From NCBI GenBank assembly GCA_048938895.1, contig JBHLLU010000018.1:11282-75281 (forward strand): a stretch of 64,000 nucleotides of DNA, written 5' to 3'. The translations under genes and the position numbers were made by a program. Under the pieces are notes generated by a model that was given only the letters and a program-made list of their open reading frames with translations, did not search any database and was not told the DNA's origin. Positions 1 through 10,939 of this stretch are shown one piece after another. Within the stretch, counting starts at the first letter, position 1, and every line of letters begins with the position of its first letter. The DNA comes from Promethearchaeota archaeon (GTDB lineage Archaea > Asgardarchaeota > Lokiarchaeia > Sigyniarchaeales > SOKP01).

Positions 1-111
1 ATCAATGCTGCGGGATTTTATGGAGAGTTAAAAGATTGGCCGATGTTTATTATGCTTCTAGTATTTACAATTGTTTCACTTTTATTTGCTATATTATTAG
101 TATTTATCTAA
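1..111 (+). CDS. 3' end of a membrane protein (partial)
   Basis: Frame 1 open from the window start: INAAGFYGELKDWPMFIMLLVFTIVSLLFAILLVFI*, TAA at 109-111; hydrophobic C-terminal helix. Confidence 0.6.
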   Translation: MNAAGFYGELKDWPMFIMLLVFTIVSLLFAILLVFI

Positions 112-133
112 TATCAAATTCTATAAGAAAGCA

Positions 134-1339
134 TTAAAATACATCGCGTTTTTTAAAATCTCGAATATTTTGATCACTATACCCAAGATTTCTTAGAATC
201 TCTTCATTATTTTGACCTGGTTTAGGTGCGATACTTCTGGGTTTTAATGGCGTCCGAGAATATTTTATAGGTGAGGCTACATATTGTATTTTTCCAAATT
301 TAGGATGAGGCATTTCTATTACCATTTTACGAGCTTTTATTTGAGGATCCTCGCAAGCTTCTGCGAAAGATTTTACAGGCATTACACAAGCATCAAGATT
401 TATAAAAATATTCATCCATTCCTTTTGTGTTTTCTTTGAGATTTCATTTTGGATTTCTAGAAAAACTTGTTCTTTTCCTTCCCCTTGCTCAAATTGTCTT
501 GGTAATAAATCTTCACGTCCCAACCCTTTGCAAAACTCTCTCCAAAATTTTACTTCTATAATTCCAACAGATAAAAACTTATCATCTTTGGTTTTATAAA
601 CATTATAAAAAGGAAAATCTCCATGTAAAACATTTATACCCTCTCCTTGATCTTTAGCAAAATAATATGATGCAACAAGAGGCATAAAGGAAAAAACAGA
701 ATCTGTCATTGATATATCTATAAATTGACCTTTTTTATCACTATTGTTATCTCTTTCTATTATTGCACCTAATATACCTATTGCTGTTACCAGTGCACCT
801 CCAATATCTGCAGCTTGAACTCCTGGATTTATGGGTGTTCTTATTTGTCCTTCTCTTCCATAGACTTTTCTTTCCTTTGTCATGTCCAAAATACCACAAA
901 TACCTATATAATTAAGATCATGACCAGCTATTTGTTCATAGGGGCCATTTTGCCCATAACCAGTTAAAGAGCAACAGATTATTGAGGGATTAATTGAGGC
1001 TAAAGTCTTATAATCTATACATAATTTTTCCATTACTTTCGGTCGAAAAGTATCAAGTACAACATCGGCTTTTTTAACTAGCTTATAGAAAATTTCTCTT
1101 GCTTCAGGTTTTTTCAGATTTAGAGTTATAGATTTTTTGTTTCTCATCAAAATAGAATGAAACGCACTTTCACGATAACTTCCTTTTTGGTAAAAAGGAG
1201 GAGGATTATCATAAACATAATTAGGCATTTCTACACGGATAACTTCAGCCCCAAGATCACCTAAAATCATAGAACAATAAGGACCGGGTAACATTCGGCT
1301 TAAATCAATAATAACTTTACCTTCTAAAGGCAATGACAT
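134..1339 (-). CDS. Family III CoA-transferase (CaiB/BaiF)
   Basis: N-terminal LEGKVIIDLSRMLPGPYCSMILGDLGAEVIRVE, RNKKSITLNLK and GHDLNY motifs. Confidence 0.95.
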   Translation of the reverse strand: MSLPLEGKVIIDLSRMLPGPYCSMILGDLGAEVIRVEMPNYVYDNPPPFYQKGSYRESAFHSILMRNKKSITLNLKKPEAREIFYKLVKKADVVLDTFRPKVMEKLCIDYKTLASINPSIICCSLTGYGQNGPYEQIAGHDLNYIGICGILDMTKERKVYGREGQIRTPINPGVQAADIGGALVTAIGILGAIIERDNNSDKKGQFIDISMTDSVFSFMPLVASYYFAKDQGEGINVLHGDFPFYNVYKTKDDKFLSVGIIEVKFWREFCKGLGREDLLPRQFEQGEGKEQVFLEIQNEISKKTQKEWMNIFINLDACVMPVKSFAEACEDPQIKARKMVIEMPHPKFGKIQYVASPIKYSRTPLKPRSIAPKPGQNNEEILRNLGYSDQNIRDFKKRDVF

Positions 1340-1409
1340 AATAAATTAAAATTAGGAATTCATAATTAAATGTTTTCGATAAAATTTGAGAAAAAAAAAA
1401 TTTAATTAA

Positions 1410-2834
1410 TTAAGAGAAAACCTGTCTCCTCCTTCTTTCAATCCATGATATCTTTCCAGATTTACTCAATAGAAATATTTCAAATTCATTATTTTTCCAA
1501 ATTATAATCCAAGAAGACTTTGCAAAAAAATTTATTGGATTCTTAATTAATTTCAAATCTTTAAGTACAGTCTGAGATTTAAAAAATTCAGGCATGAATT
1601 TGATATCTATTAAATCGGTTTGGTTTTTACCAATTGAGTTCTTTTGTGATTTGTAACTGTAGAAGAAGTCGAAAGGTGTGTTTGACAAATTATTATTTTC
1701 AACGTTAAAAAATTCAATGTTATTTAAATTCTCTATATTTTCTTTAATTGAAATTCTATTGAATCCAAGATACAAATGCTCTAATTGATTTAATATTTTT
1801 AATTGTTTAATTGCTGTTATTTTATTGTTCCGAAGATCTAAAAATTTTAATTTTTTTAGGTGATCTAGCCCATTAATTTCAGAAATTTGATTATGACTTA
1901 GATCCAAAAATTCTAGATTAGTGAGATTATCAAGTCCTTTAATTTTAACTATTCTATTATTACTTAAATCTAATCTTTTTAAATTTTTAAGACTGTCCAG
2001 CCCTTTAATTTCTTTAATTTCGTTATTCCGCAGATTTAAAATTTCTAATTTTGATAGGTGATCTAAATTTTGTATTTCAGTAAGGCGATTATCATAAATC
2101 ATCAGTGATTTCAAATTAGAAAGATTTTTAATTCCTTTAATCTCATGAATTTCATTATTATTAAGGTATAAGTATTCTAGATTTCTTAGATTTTCTAATC
2201 CTTTAATTTCTCTAATTTTATTCCATTGAAGTTGTAAAGAATTTAGATTATTTAATTTATCCAAACCCTCTATTTCTGTTATTCTGTTAAAGTTTAAATT
2301 AAGTTTCCTTAAATTTGTTAAATTTTTCAAACCTTTAATTTTTAATATATTATCAATACTTCTACTGCTTAAATTAATAATTTGATAAACTCCAAAAGGA
2401 AAAAACAGCTTACCCTCAAAATTTATATATTCGATGGACTTCAATAATGATTTTAATTCAGGATTACCGGATTTTTCCAATGCTTTTATTATTAAAATAT
2501 TACAAGATTCTGATTTTTCATGTTTTAAAGCCCATTTAATGGGTTTTATTGCTTGCTCAGGGAAGTTTTTAATAATAATAGAGGCTGCGTTTCCTCTTAC
2601 TAGTTCATTAAAATCAGAAATTAACAGATTCTCAAGGAAGAAGTATATATTTTGGTCTTTAGAACCAATCAAACCTAAGAATTTAACACTCGAAATCCTA
2701 CTATGAATATTTTTTTCAATAGGATTTTCAATAACAGAAATTAATAGATCTGAAGCTTCACTTTTATCCAAATTCTTTTGTTTATAATTTTCATAAATTT
2801 CTTTTGGTGATATGGCTGACATTCTATAGCTCAA
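1410..2834 (-). CDS. Leucine-rich repeat protein with N-terminal HEAT-like region
   Basis: About 10 SDS22-like 22-aa LRRs (LxxLxLxxNxIxxIxGL); ELVRGNAASII HEAT-like segment. Confidence 0.9.
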   Translation of the reverse strand: MSYRMSAISPKEIYENYKQKNLDKSEASDLLISVIENPIEKNIHSRISSVKFLGLIGSKDQNIYFFLENLLISDFNELVRGNAASIIIKNFPEQAIKPIKWALKHEKSESCNILIIKALEKSGNPELKSLLKSIEYINFEGKLFFPFGVYQIINLSSRSIDNILKIKGLKNLTNLRKLNLNFNRITEIEGLDKLNNLNSLQLQWNKIREIKGLENLRNLEYLYLNNNEIHEIKGIKNLSNLKSLMIYDNRLTEIQNLDHLSKLEILNLRNNEIKEIKGLDSLKNLKRLDLSNNRIVKIKGLDNLTNLEFLDLSHNQISEINGLDHLKKLKFLDLRNNKITAIKQLKILNQLEHLYLGFNRISIKENIENLNNIEFFNVENNNLSNTPFDFFYSYKSQKNSIGKNQTDLIDIKFMPEFFKSQTVLKDLKLIKNPINFFAKSSWIIIWKNNEFEIFLLSKSGKISWIERRRRQVFS

Positions 2835-3345
2835 TTATCTCTGCTTCCATTTTATCTGTATCTATAATAGCAAATGTCGATTTTCCTGTCAAATAACCAC
2901 ATAATTCTCCAGGATTTAATACTATAACACCATTCTTATTTTTCTTATTAACTAAACTATGAGTGTGTCCAGTTAATATAATATCAAACGCCCCAGAATT
3001 AGCTAATGCGTTTATTGTTTCTTGTTTTGGCATATGAGATACAAATATTTTCTTTCCTCCTAATTCTAAAATTAATTCGTTTCCATTTTGAGCAAATGTA
3101 CATATTTGACCTAAATTTTGCTTTAAAAATAGACGTTCCCCATCATTATTCCCAAATACCCCAAAAAAATTGCTCTTAACAACATCATCTAGTTGATCAA
3201 ACCATTTTTTAACAAATGGAGCAACATAATCCCCACAATGTATAAGGGCGCCGGCTTTTTTTTCGTTTATAATTGAAACTGCTTTTAGAATATTATCCAT
3301 ATGATCATGACTGTCTGATATACATGCTATTTTCATCCTTAACAT
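2824..3345 (-). CDS. YfcE/MJ0936-family metallophosphoesterase
   Basis: SDSHD, HCGD, GNND, GHTH and NPG motifs. Confidence 0.93.
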   Translation of the reverse strand: MLRMKIACISDSHDHMDNILKAVSIINEKKAGALIHCGDYVAPFVKKWFDQLDDVVKSNFFGVFGNNDGERLFLKQNLGQICTFAQNGNELILELGGKKIFVSHMPKQETINALANSGAFDIILTGHTHSLVNKKNKNGVIVLNPGELCGYLTGKSTFAIIDTDKMEAEIIEL

Positions 3346-3434
3346 TCTCCTATAGTATAAAAATAATAGGAATTAGATATAATTAAATTCAATTATTATA
3401 TGTTTTATATTAATACTATTAATATGATTTTAAA

Positions 3435-4511
3435 ATGATAGAGGAATTCTTTAAAACCGAGAAAGCTCTTATTGACGGAGAACTAGAGAAATACTTTAAT
3501 CAATTAAATAAAATTGAAAAAGATATTCTTCTCAAAGATTTTATTACTCAACTAAAAGAATTTATTTTAAATGCGAAGGCAAAAAGAATTCATCCTATTT
3601 TATTGAATGCTGCTTTTTCTGGCATTGTAAATCCAATGTATTGGGGAGATCAGATCGAGCAAATTCGAGAAGTTTCTATTGCGGTTGAGTTATTACATAG
3701 TGGGCATTTAATACATGATGATCTATTAGATAATGATACAATGAGAAGAGAAAAACCCACTTTTCATATGCAGCTAAAAAATGAATTAAATCAAATATAT
3801 AGGGATGTGAATGTTCCAAATAAGGACGAGATTGTGAATCTATATGGAAGAGATATGTCAATTTTAGGTGGAATGCAAGGATATCTATTAGGATTAGATA
3901 TATTGAAATCAGGTAAATTCCCAGAGCAAATTAAATTACTAGCTATCAACGAATATACACAAGCAATGGACTATTTAATGAAAGGGCAATTAATTGAAGA
4001 ATACATGAATTATAATAATATTACAATGACTTTGGAACAATATCTAAATATTGCTGAATACCAAAGAGCAAGATTGTTTGAGAAATCCGCTAAAATTGGT
4101 GCAATCTTAGCTAAAGGTAATATTCATTATCAGATTAAACCTTTAAGTGATGCATTATTAAGTATTGGGCAAGCTCATGCAATCAGAGATGATATTATAG
4201 ATTTAGAAGATGATATTCGAGCAAAAAATAGATCCAAAATAGTGTATATTTTAGCAGTTCATAATACAGATGAGGAACAATCAAAAATTCTAAATGAATT
4301 ATATCATAAGGAAACGCTAACTAAAACTGATGTTAAAAATGTAAAAGATATTTTTACTCAAACAAATGCATTAATCATTGCAGAACATTTGGCTAAAAAT
4401 TTAGTTGAACAAGCAAAAAATAATTTAAAGGATATATATCCTGATCTTAATAAGAAACAAAAGATATTTTTTAATCAATTTTCTGATTTCGTCTATGAGA
4501 GAGAATTCTAA
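3435..4511 (+). CDS. Polyprenyl synthetase (GGPP synthase-like)
   Basis: ELLHSGHLIHDDLLDNDTMRR first Asp-rich motif, GQ motif, second motif DDIIDL. Confidence 0.9.
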   Translation: MIEEFFKTEKALIDGELEKYFNQLNKIEKDILLKDFITQLKEFILNAKAKRIHPILLNAAFSGIVNPMYWGDQIEQIREVSIAVELLHSGHLIHDDLLDNDTMRREKPTFHMQLKNELNQIYRDVNVPNKDEIVNLYGRDMSILGGMQGYLLGLDILKSGKFPEQIKLLAINEYTQAMDYLMKGQLIEEYMNYNNITMTLEQYLNIAEYQRARLFEKSAKIGAILAKGNIHYQIKPLSDALLSIGQAHAIRDDIIDLEDDIRAKNRSKIVYILAVHNTDEEQSKILNELYHKETLTKTDVKNVKDIFTQTNALIIAEHLAKNLVEQAKNNLKDIYPDLNKKQKIFFNQFSDFVYEREF

Positions 4512-4528
4512 ATCATTCTCCTATTCCT

Positions 4529-5125
4529 TTAAGCAACAACATAAGGAATATGGAGTTTTCTTAACATTATATCATTTAATTCTTTAAAAACTTCTAAAAC
4601 ATTATAGTTTTCTAATGATGATGTTCTATAAAATCCATCTAATTTATGAGCTTTTCTATATTCTTGAATTAAGGAATTTGGTACAATTTCTGAATTAGTC
4701 GTCTTATCAAGTAAATCACTTTTACTCCCTACTAGAAGAATTGGTATTTCAGGATTCGATGCATATTTAATGATTTGATCATACCAAAAATCTAACTGAT
4801 TGAACGTTAATCTCTTCACTAAATCAAATACTAATAATGCTCCGTTAGCACCTTCTATGAATCTAGGAAGTAAGGGTTTGAAACGTTCTTGACCACCAAA
4901 ATCAAAAATAGAATTAACAACAAAATTTTCCTTTTGTTGGTTTGGATTTTCTTTTAGGTTAATTTTTATATGAACTGAATGAAAATTTATTCCAATTGTA
5001 GGTGATGTATCAAAATCAAATGAATTAAAACAGTATCGATTGAAAAGGCACGTTTTTCCAACAGCATTTGCTCCACATATCACTATTTTAAAGCTATAAA
5101 TAACATCTCTTCCATTATATCCCAT
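4529..5125 (-). CDS. Rab-like small GTPase
   Basis: G1 GANAVGKT, G2 PTIG, G3 DFGGQERF, G4 SKSD; start moved to ATG 5125, which follows a GGAGG Shine-Dalgarno. Confidence 0.92.
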   Translation of the reverse strand: MGYNGRDVIYSFKIVICGANAVGKTCLFNRYCFNSFDFDTSPTIGINFHSVHIKINLKENPNQQKENFVVNSIFDFGGQERFKPLLPRFIEGANGALLVFDLVKRLTFNQLDFWYDQIIKYASNPEIPILLVGSKSDLLDKTTNSEIVPNSLIQEYRKAHKLDGFYRTSSLENYNVLEVFKELNDIMLRKLHIPYVVA

Positions 5126-5251
5126 TGGTTTAAATCCTCCCATAAAAGTGAAAACGATATATTGATTTATTTGAAAAATTATTCCAAATTTAAATATATT
5201 ATTTGAATAATCAAAACTGACCACTATTAAAATATTAGAAACGCTATTATT

Positions 5252-6862
5252 TTAAAAACCTACAGCTTGACCATCCTTACGCCAATCTGATGCTCCCAAA
5301 TAACCATTATCTAGCTGATAAATAATTTGACCTCCACCGAATCTTGTATAATCTTTTTCAGATAATTTATGGCCTAATTGAGATAATTTAGAAATAACCT
5401 CCTTCTTGTGCCCCACTTCGAGATAGACATTTAACCCATGAGAAATCCGCCATCGTAGAGCATCAAGTGCCGTTTGGGGATTCTGATGATAATCGAAGAG
5501 ACGAACCATTAATTGACAATGTCCCTGTGGTTGCATAGATCCTCCCATAACTCCAAAGCTCATTAAAGGTTTACCCTTGCAAGTTACAAATGCAGGGATT
5601 ATTGTATGGAAGGGGCGTTTATTTGGTCCAACTTGATTAGGATGTCCTTCTTCTAAAGAAAAGCCATTTCCTCTATTTTGAAGGCTAATTCCCGTTTTGG
5701 GAATAACAATACAAGATCCAAAACCAACATAATTTGATTGAATATAAGATACCATCATACCATCAGAATCTGCTGAGGTTAAATATACGGTGTCTTCCAT
5801 CCTAGGAGATTTAACTTCAAAATTTTTGGCTTTGTTTAAATTAATCTCATCTGCTCTTTTTTTTAGGTAATTGGGATCTAAGAAATCTAAAGGGTCAAAT
5901 TCTAACTCCTTTGGATCTGCAATATATTTATATCCATCAATAAACGCTATTTTCATTGCTTCAATTTCAAGGTGCATTAATTCACAGGAATCTAATTCTA
6001 ATGAAACTAAATCGAAATTGTTGAGGATGCCAAGCATAATTAAAGCAGTTAGACCTTGACCATTCGGGGGGAGTTCGTGTAATGATACATTTCTATAATT
6101 CAATGAAAGTGGATCTTCCCATGTTGCTTCATGCTTCTCTAAATCTTCTTGTGATAAACTTCCTCCTGTGTTATTAGCATGTCTAATAATTTTTTTAGCT
6201 ATTTCTCCATGATAAAAAGCATTACCCTCTGTTTCTGCAATTAATCTGAGTGTGTTTGCTTGATCGGGAGCTTTAAATAATGTTCCAGATTTTGGTGCTT
6301 TCCCATTTGGAAAAAATGTCTTGTAAAAATCAGAAAATCTTTCTTTAAAATTTGAAATGAATCGTTCGTACGAATCGAGTTGAGATTGCCATATTTTAGA
6401 TGTTATCGGAGAAACTAGAAATCCTTTTTCAGCATACTTGATTGCGGGTTTAAATAACTCGCTAAAAGAAAGTCTACCATACTTTTTTGATAATTCAACC
6501 CATGCAGATACGGCTCCTGGAACAGTCACAGAGTCCCACCCAATTAATGGCATTTCTTTTCGATTAGAGAACCTTTTTGGATTCCAGGACTTTGGAGATC
6601 TTCCTGATGCATTTAATCCTATAAGCTTTTTTCCATCCCATAATAACGCAAAAGCATCACTACCAATTCCATTCATTGTGGGTTCAACGACTGTTAATGT
6701 TATTGCTGCAGCGATCGTAGCATCAATTGCATTTCCTCCTTTAAGGAGCATTTGAAGACCTGCCTGAGAAGCTAAAGGTTGAGATGTAGATACAATATTT
6801 TTAGCCAAAATTGGCATTCTTTGAGAGGGATACTTAAACTCCCATTTGAATTGTGGATTCAA
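5252..6862 (-). CDS. ggt: Gamma-glutamyltransferase family protein (YwrD-like)
   Basis: GGNAIDA, DTVYL autocleavage Thr, RPFHTIIP, GVMGGSMQPQGH and DWRKDG motifs. Confidence 0.93.
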   Translation of the reverse strand: MNPQFKWEFKYPSQRMPILAKNIVSTSQPLASQAGLQMLLKGGNAIDATIAAAITLTVVEPTMNGIGSDAFALLWDGKKLIGLNASGRSPKSWNPKRFSNRKEMPLIGWDSVTVPGAVSAWVELSKKYGRLSFSELFKPAIKYAEKGFLVSPITSKIWQSQLDSYERFISNFKERFSDFYKTFFPNGKAPKSGTLFKAPDQANTLRLIAETEGNAFYHGEIAKKIIRHANNTGGSLSQEDLEKHEATWEDPLSLNYRNVSLHELPPNGQGLTALIMLGILNNFDLVSLELDSCELMHLEIEAMKIAFIDGYKYIADPKELEFDPLDFLDPNYLKKRADEINLNKAKNFEVKSPRMEDTVYLTSADSDGMMVSYIQSNYVGFGSCIVIPKTGISLQNRGNGFSLEEGHPNQVGPNKRPFHTIIPAFVTCKGKPLMSFGVMGGSMQPQGHCQLMVRLFDYHQNPQTALDALRWRISHGLNVYLEVGHKKEVISKLSQLGHKLSEKDYTRFGGGQIIYQLDNGYLGASDWRKDGQAVGF

Positions 6863-6967
6863 AATAATGTCCTAATTTTCAAATAATTGTAATTTATAAT
6901 AATAATATCTAAAAATTTATCTTTTTTTTATTAATCTATATCCCACATAACTTTCTTATCAATAAAA

Positions 6968-7876
6968 ATGTATGAAACATCCCCTCCAGAGCAAATTATT
7001 ATAAGACCTCCAGTTGAAGCTTATTCCGTTCATATTGCAGTTACAGGAGGATGTTCATGGAATAAATGTAGATTTTGTGGGACTTACAAGGGAATGTATG
7101 GATTTATCCAAGAATATTCATTACGATCTTTGGAGGATATTAAAAAAGATATTGATCAAGCAGCTAAATATAATTATCATGGCTTCCCTGTATTTTTAGC
7201 GGGAGGAAATCCCACCTCAGCTCCCACGGATTATTTAGTTGATATTCTTAAGTATGTAAAAGTTAAACTAAAAAATATTCCACAAATAAGTTGTTATTCA
7301 AAAGCATTAGACATTTTAAGAAAATCCGATGAAGAATTACAAATATTAGCCGAAGCTGGATTAGATATTGTATATATGGGATTAGAAAGTGGTTCTAATA
7401 CTATATTACGGTTAATGAAAAAGGGGACTAACGCTGAATCCTTCATAAAAGCGGGTAAAAGACTATTAAGTGCAGGAATTAAATTATCTCTTTATATCAT
7501 TCTCGGTTTAGGAGGACATAAGTATTCTGAAGAACATGTCAGAGAAACAGCTAGAGTTTTGACCGAAATAAATCCAACTATTTTTCGATTTCGAACATTA
7601 AATATTTCCCCTAGCATGCCACTTTGGGAAGATTTAGAGTCAGGAGAATTCACTTTATTAAGTCCTCTTGAAAACTTGAAGGAAGAAAGAGATATAATCG
7701 CAAATTTAGGAGAAAATGTCACTTCCCAAGTATTTAATGACCATATAAGCAATTATTGTTCAATAGAATCATCGAATATAAAAAAAGACAGAGAAATGTT
7801 TATTAGAACGTTAGACTCATATTTAAATGACCCAATTATCAAAAACATGCCGCGTAAGAACCTAACGCGTATGTAA
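6968..7876 (+). CDS. Radical SAM protein
   Basis: IRPPVEA..GCSWNKCRFC cluster motif; YMGLESG. Confidence 0.9.
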   Translation: MYETSPPEQIIIRPPVEAYSVHIAVTGGCSWNKCRFCGTYKGMYGFIQEYSLRSLEDIKKDIDQAAKYNYHGFPVFLAGGNPTSAPTDYLVDILKYVKVKLKNIPQISCYSKALDILRKSDEELQILAEAGLDIVYMGLESGSNTILRLMKKGTNAESFIKAGKRLLSAGIKLSLYIILGLGGHKYSEEHVRETARVLTEINPTIFRFRTLNISPSMPLWEDLESGEFTLLSPLENLKEERDIIANLGENVTSQVFNDHISNYCSIESSNIKKDREMFIRTLDSYLNDPIIKNMPRKNLTRM

Positions 7877-7877
7877 A

Positions 7878-8375
7878 TCATTTAATTTCATCATCAATGG
7901 CTTTGAAAGATTTTTTATATTGCATAACAGCATCTGCAAAATAATTATATAATTTTACAAGTTGATTATAACCCTTTTCATTTTCCAGAATTTCCTTATT
8001 CTTTTCCAATTCTTCCCGTAATTCTACCAATTCTTCTTCCCATTTAATCATCCTACTCAAAATACTTTTACTGAACTTAAGTAGTATCAAACCCGCAGAT
8101 TCAGCAGTATATATTAATTTACCTTTTTCAGAAATCTTCTCTTTTTCTATTAATTTCATTTCCAAAAATCGATTTAATTCCTCTGAAACTTTCCCTGCTG
8201 ATAATCCCGTTATCCTTTGAAGTGTTTTTTGAGTTAAGTGTTTTCTAGTCATAAATAAACCTAAAATCTTAATAAAATATGGATCTCGGCCAGCGAACAT
8301 GGGTGTTGATTCGAGTAGGTTTAAAATCTCATCCTCTATTAAAAATACTTCAGGATCAAATACAATTTCACTCAT
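7878..8375 (-). CDS. GbsR/MarR-type winged-helix transcriptional regulator
   Basis: LTQKTLQRITGLSAGKVSEEL HTH plus C-terminal helical region. Confidence 0.8.
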   Translation of the reverse strand: MSEIVFDPEVFLIEDEILNLLESTPMFAGRDPYFIKILGLFMTRKHLTQKTLQRITGLSAGKVSEELNRFLEMKLIEKEKISEKGKLIYTAESAGLILLKFSKSILSRMIKWEEELVELREELEKNKEILENEKGYNQLVKLYNYFADAVMQYKKSFKAIDDEIK

Positions 8376-8395
8376 TTTTTTTCTCTTAATTATAA

Positions 8396-8935
8396 TTACG
8401 TTTGTGGTAATGTTTTCTTATAAAATCCTGGAAATACTTCCTTATAAAACTCAAATATCTCCAATAATTCACCTATTCTCTGAGCAAGGTGTTCAGCACC
8501 TTTTTTATTCAGTGATTTTAAATCTAAAAGTTGCTTTTTTTTGTTTTCCAAATAGACACCCATAGAAGTAAGACTATTCATCATCACATCTATGCCTCTT
8601 ATTGTTAGTTCTGCAAGGTCTCCATAATATGAATACCGATATGTATGAGTTTTTGGAATTTTTTCTTTTTGAAGTCTACCCATACCTAGCATTACTGACA
8701 AAATTGTAGATATGGTACCCATTGATAAACCTGTAAGCTTTTTTAATTCTTTTTGTGTCAGAGAGCCATGGATTAATAAATAAGAGGATAATTGGAGCAT
8801 ATTGTTGTTCACTCTTTTACGTGTACCGATATCTACAAAAAATTCTGCTAATTTATCTTCATATTTTTTTAATTTCTCACTAAAAAGGTATATCTTGCCC
8901 TTTGTCTCCTCTGTGTTATCTTTATTCTCAGTCAT
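8396..8935 (-). CDS. GbsR/MarR-type winged-helix transcriptional regulator
   Basis: LTQKELKKLTGLSMGTISTIL HTH; paralog of the neighbouring gene. Confidence 0.8.
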   Translation of the reverse strand: MTENKDNTEETKGKIYLFSEKLKKYEDKLAEFFVDIGTRKRVNNNMLQLSSYLLIHGSLTQKELKKLTGLSMGTISTILSVMLGMGRLQKEKIPKTHTYRYSYYGDLAELTIRGIDVMMNSLTSMGVYLENKKKQLLDLKSLNKKGAEHLAQRIGELLEIFEFYKEVFPGFYKKTLPQT

Positions 8936-9000
8936 TTCATATATATATAATATTCAAACAAAAATAAATATTTTCTCATTTCGAGCTTTGTGAAAAAACA

Positions 9001-9093
9001 TTTAAATAGGTAGTTTCATATATTGTGTATGGTTTCATAAATTTCATGAGATGTGAAACCAAAAGTTAATAAATTAGGTTTGCCTAATTTATT
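9001..9093. promoter_or_regulatory. Divergent promoter with TATA box and putative operator inverted repeats
   Basis: TTTAAATA at 9001 after an A-rich BRE; IR GGTTTCA(9031)...TGAAACC(9060); perfect 11-bp IR AATAAATTAGG-tttg-CCTAATTTATT (9068-9093); lies between the regulators and the ABC operon. Confidence 0.55.
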
Positions 9094-9169
9094 GTGAATA
9101 AAATTAAATTTAACAAAAAAAAATATATAATTCTGAATAAATATTGGTGTAAAAAAACTGTCCAAAGAA

Positions 9170-10117
9170 ATGGTAATTCAAACAAAGAATTTAACGAAAT
9201 ATTATGGAAAAAGTAGAGGAATAGAGAATTTAAACTTAGAAATCTTTAAAGGGGAAATCTTCGGATTACTTGGACCCAATGGTGCTGGAAAAACTACAAC
9301 TATTAGAGTTTTACTAGATTTTCTTAGGAAGACTTCCGGAGGAGCAAAAATCTTTAATCTCGATGTTCATCTCGATTCTGTAGCAATTAGACAAAGAACT
9401 GCTTATTTACCAGGGGAATTGGGATTGTTTCAAGAAAAAACTGCTCGCCGGAATATCGAGTATCTCCTTGGATTATATCAGAATGATATTCCAGACCGAC
9501 GTATAGATGAATTGGCAGTAGTATTTGGATTAGAGCTTGATAGAAAAGTGAAGGAACTAAGTAAGGGCAATAAACAAAAAATAGGGATAATACTTGCACT
9601 TGCTCCAGAAGTAGAACTTTTAGTACTTGATGAACCTACTTCTGGCTTAGATCCTCTTATTACAGCAGAATTTTATAATATCCTTCATAAACAACAAGAA
9701 GAAACAGGTTCTACTGTGTTATTAAGTTCTCATCTTTTAGGTGAAGTTGAAAGAGTAGCTCATAGAGTTGGGATTATCCGTGAAGGTACGATAGTCGAAG
9801 TAGCAACCATTCAACAATTAAAACGTATGGCTATGAAAGAGATCAATGTTGAATTTAAATCTGCAAGTGATTTGGAGAAATTTTCAGAAAAACTTCCAAG
9901 TGAGAAAGTAGAGAAGGTTGTACTAAATGATACTCACGCTTCCTTTTTAGTATCTAGAGAAGAATTATCAAAAGTGCTTAATCTTCTTTCAGAAGTGGAT
10001 ATAATTGATACTGATATTACAAGTCCCGCATTAGAGGATATTTTTTTGAAGTATTATACTGTATCCCCTATAAAGAGTAAAAATAACATTAAGATAAAGG
10101 AGGAGGTGGGATCATAA
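9170..10117 (+). CDS. ABC-2 type transporter ATP-binding protein
   Basis: Walker A GPNGAGKT, signature LSKGNKQK, Walker B LVLDEPTSGLD, SSH switch. Confidence 0.96.
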   Translation: MVIQTKNLTKYYGKSRGIENLNLEIFKGEIFGLLGPNGAGKTTTIRVLLDFLRKTSGGAKIFNLDVHLDSVAIRQRTAYLPGELGLFQEKTARRNIEYLLGLYQNDIPDRRIDELAVVFGLELDRKVKELSKGNKQKIGIILALAPEVELLVLDEPTSGLDPLITAEFYNILHKQQEETGSTVLLSSHLLGEVERVAHRVGIIREGTIVEVATIQQLKRMAMKEINVEFKSASDLEKFSEKLPSEKVEKVVLNDTHASFLVSREELSKVLNLLSEVDIIDTDITSPALEDIFLKYYTVSPIKSKNNIKIKEEVGS

Positions 10118-10939
10118 ATGAAACAGTTTGTTACAAGCATAAAAGAATATCTCCTGTCTAAAAAATACATCATATTAATATTAGGAGGGATAATAGGTCT
10201 TTTAAGCTATTTCATAATATATATGGTCGAAGATATGGATCTTAGTGCAATACAAGATATCATATCTGCTTGGCCAGAAGGGATGCTGGAATTTTTCGGT
10301 GATGTTGAAATTTTCTCCAATGTTTATGGATTTTGGAGTTTAGAAATTTTAGCTTTTATATGGTTATATGCAGGAATTTACATCATATACATGGCTAGCG
10401 GACTTCTTTCACAAGAAGTCGAAGAAAAAACTATAGATCTTACACTCTCAAAACCAATCACTCGTTATAACTTCCTCGGGGGAAAAATTGCATTTCTTTA
10501 TATATTTATAATTTCCACAATGGGAATATGCTTCCTTATAACTATGGGAGGAATGAGCTTTTCTTCCGTATTTCATGAGGAAGGATTATTCTTTGATAGA
10601 CTATGGCTTACTTATATAATTGTTGTTCTTTTCTTAGGTGTTCTCGCAATGTTTGCCAAGTTTTTTTCTACAATTTTTCTTACATCTCGAAAATCAATGG
10701 CATTTGGTGTGGTAGTATTATTCTTAATGTTCTTTCTTGGTGAATTCTATATTTACATGGATGAATCAATCCAAAGTATTAAATACATGTCAGCTTTTTA
10801 TTATTTTAATCCTGCTGAATATTTGGTTCACTCAGACTTCCCCCTTTACATAAGGGATCTTATTGTATTAGGTTCAGTGAATGCCTGCTTGATAACAGCA
10901 AGCCTACTTGTCTTTAATAAAAAAGATATACCTATTTAA
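10118..10939 (+). CDS. ABC-2 type transporter permease
   Basis: Six hydrophobic helices; EVEEKTIDLTLSKPITR motif; abuts the ATPase gene. Confidence 0.92.
   Translation: MKQFVTSIKEYLLSKKYIILILGGIIGLLSYFIIYMVEDMDLSAIQDIISAWPEGMLEFFGDVEIFSNVYGFWSLEILAFIWLYAGIYIIYMASGLLSQEVEEKTIDLTLSKPITRYNFLGGKIAFLYIFIISTMGICFLITMGGMSFSSVFHEEGLFFDRLWLTYIIVVLFLGVLAMFAKFFSTIFLTSRKSMAFGVVVLFLMFFLGEFYIYMDESIQSIKYMSAFYYFNPAEYLVHSDFPLYIRDLIVLGSVNACLITASLLVFNKKDIPI

Noticed and set aside
7050-7079. Radical SAM motif with CX4CX2C spacing
   Set aside because: This spacing is normal for this subfamily
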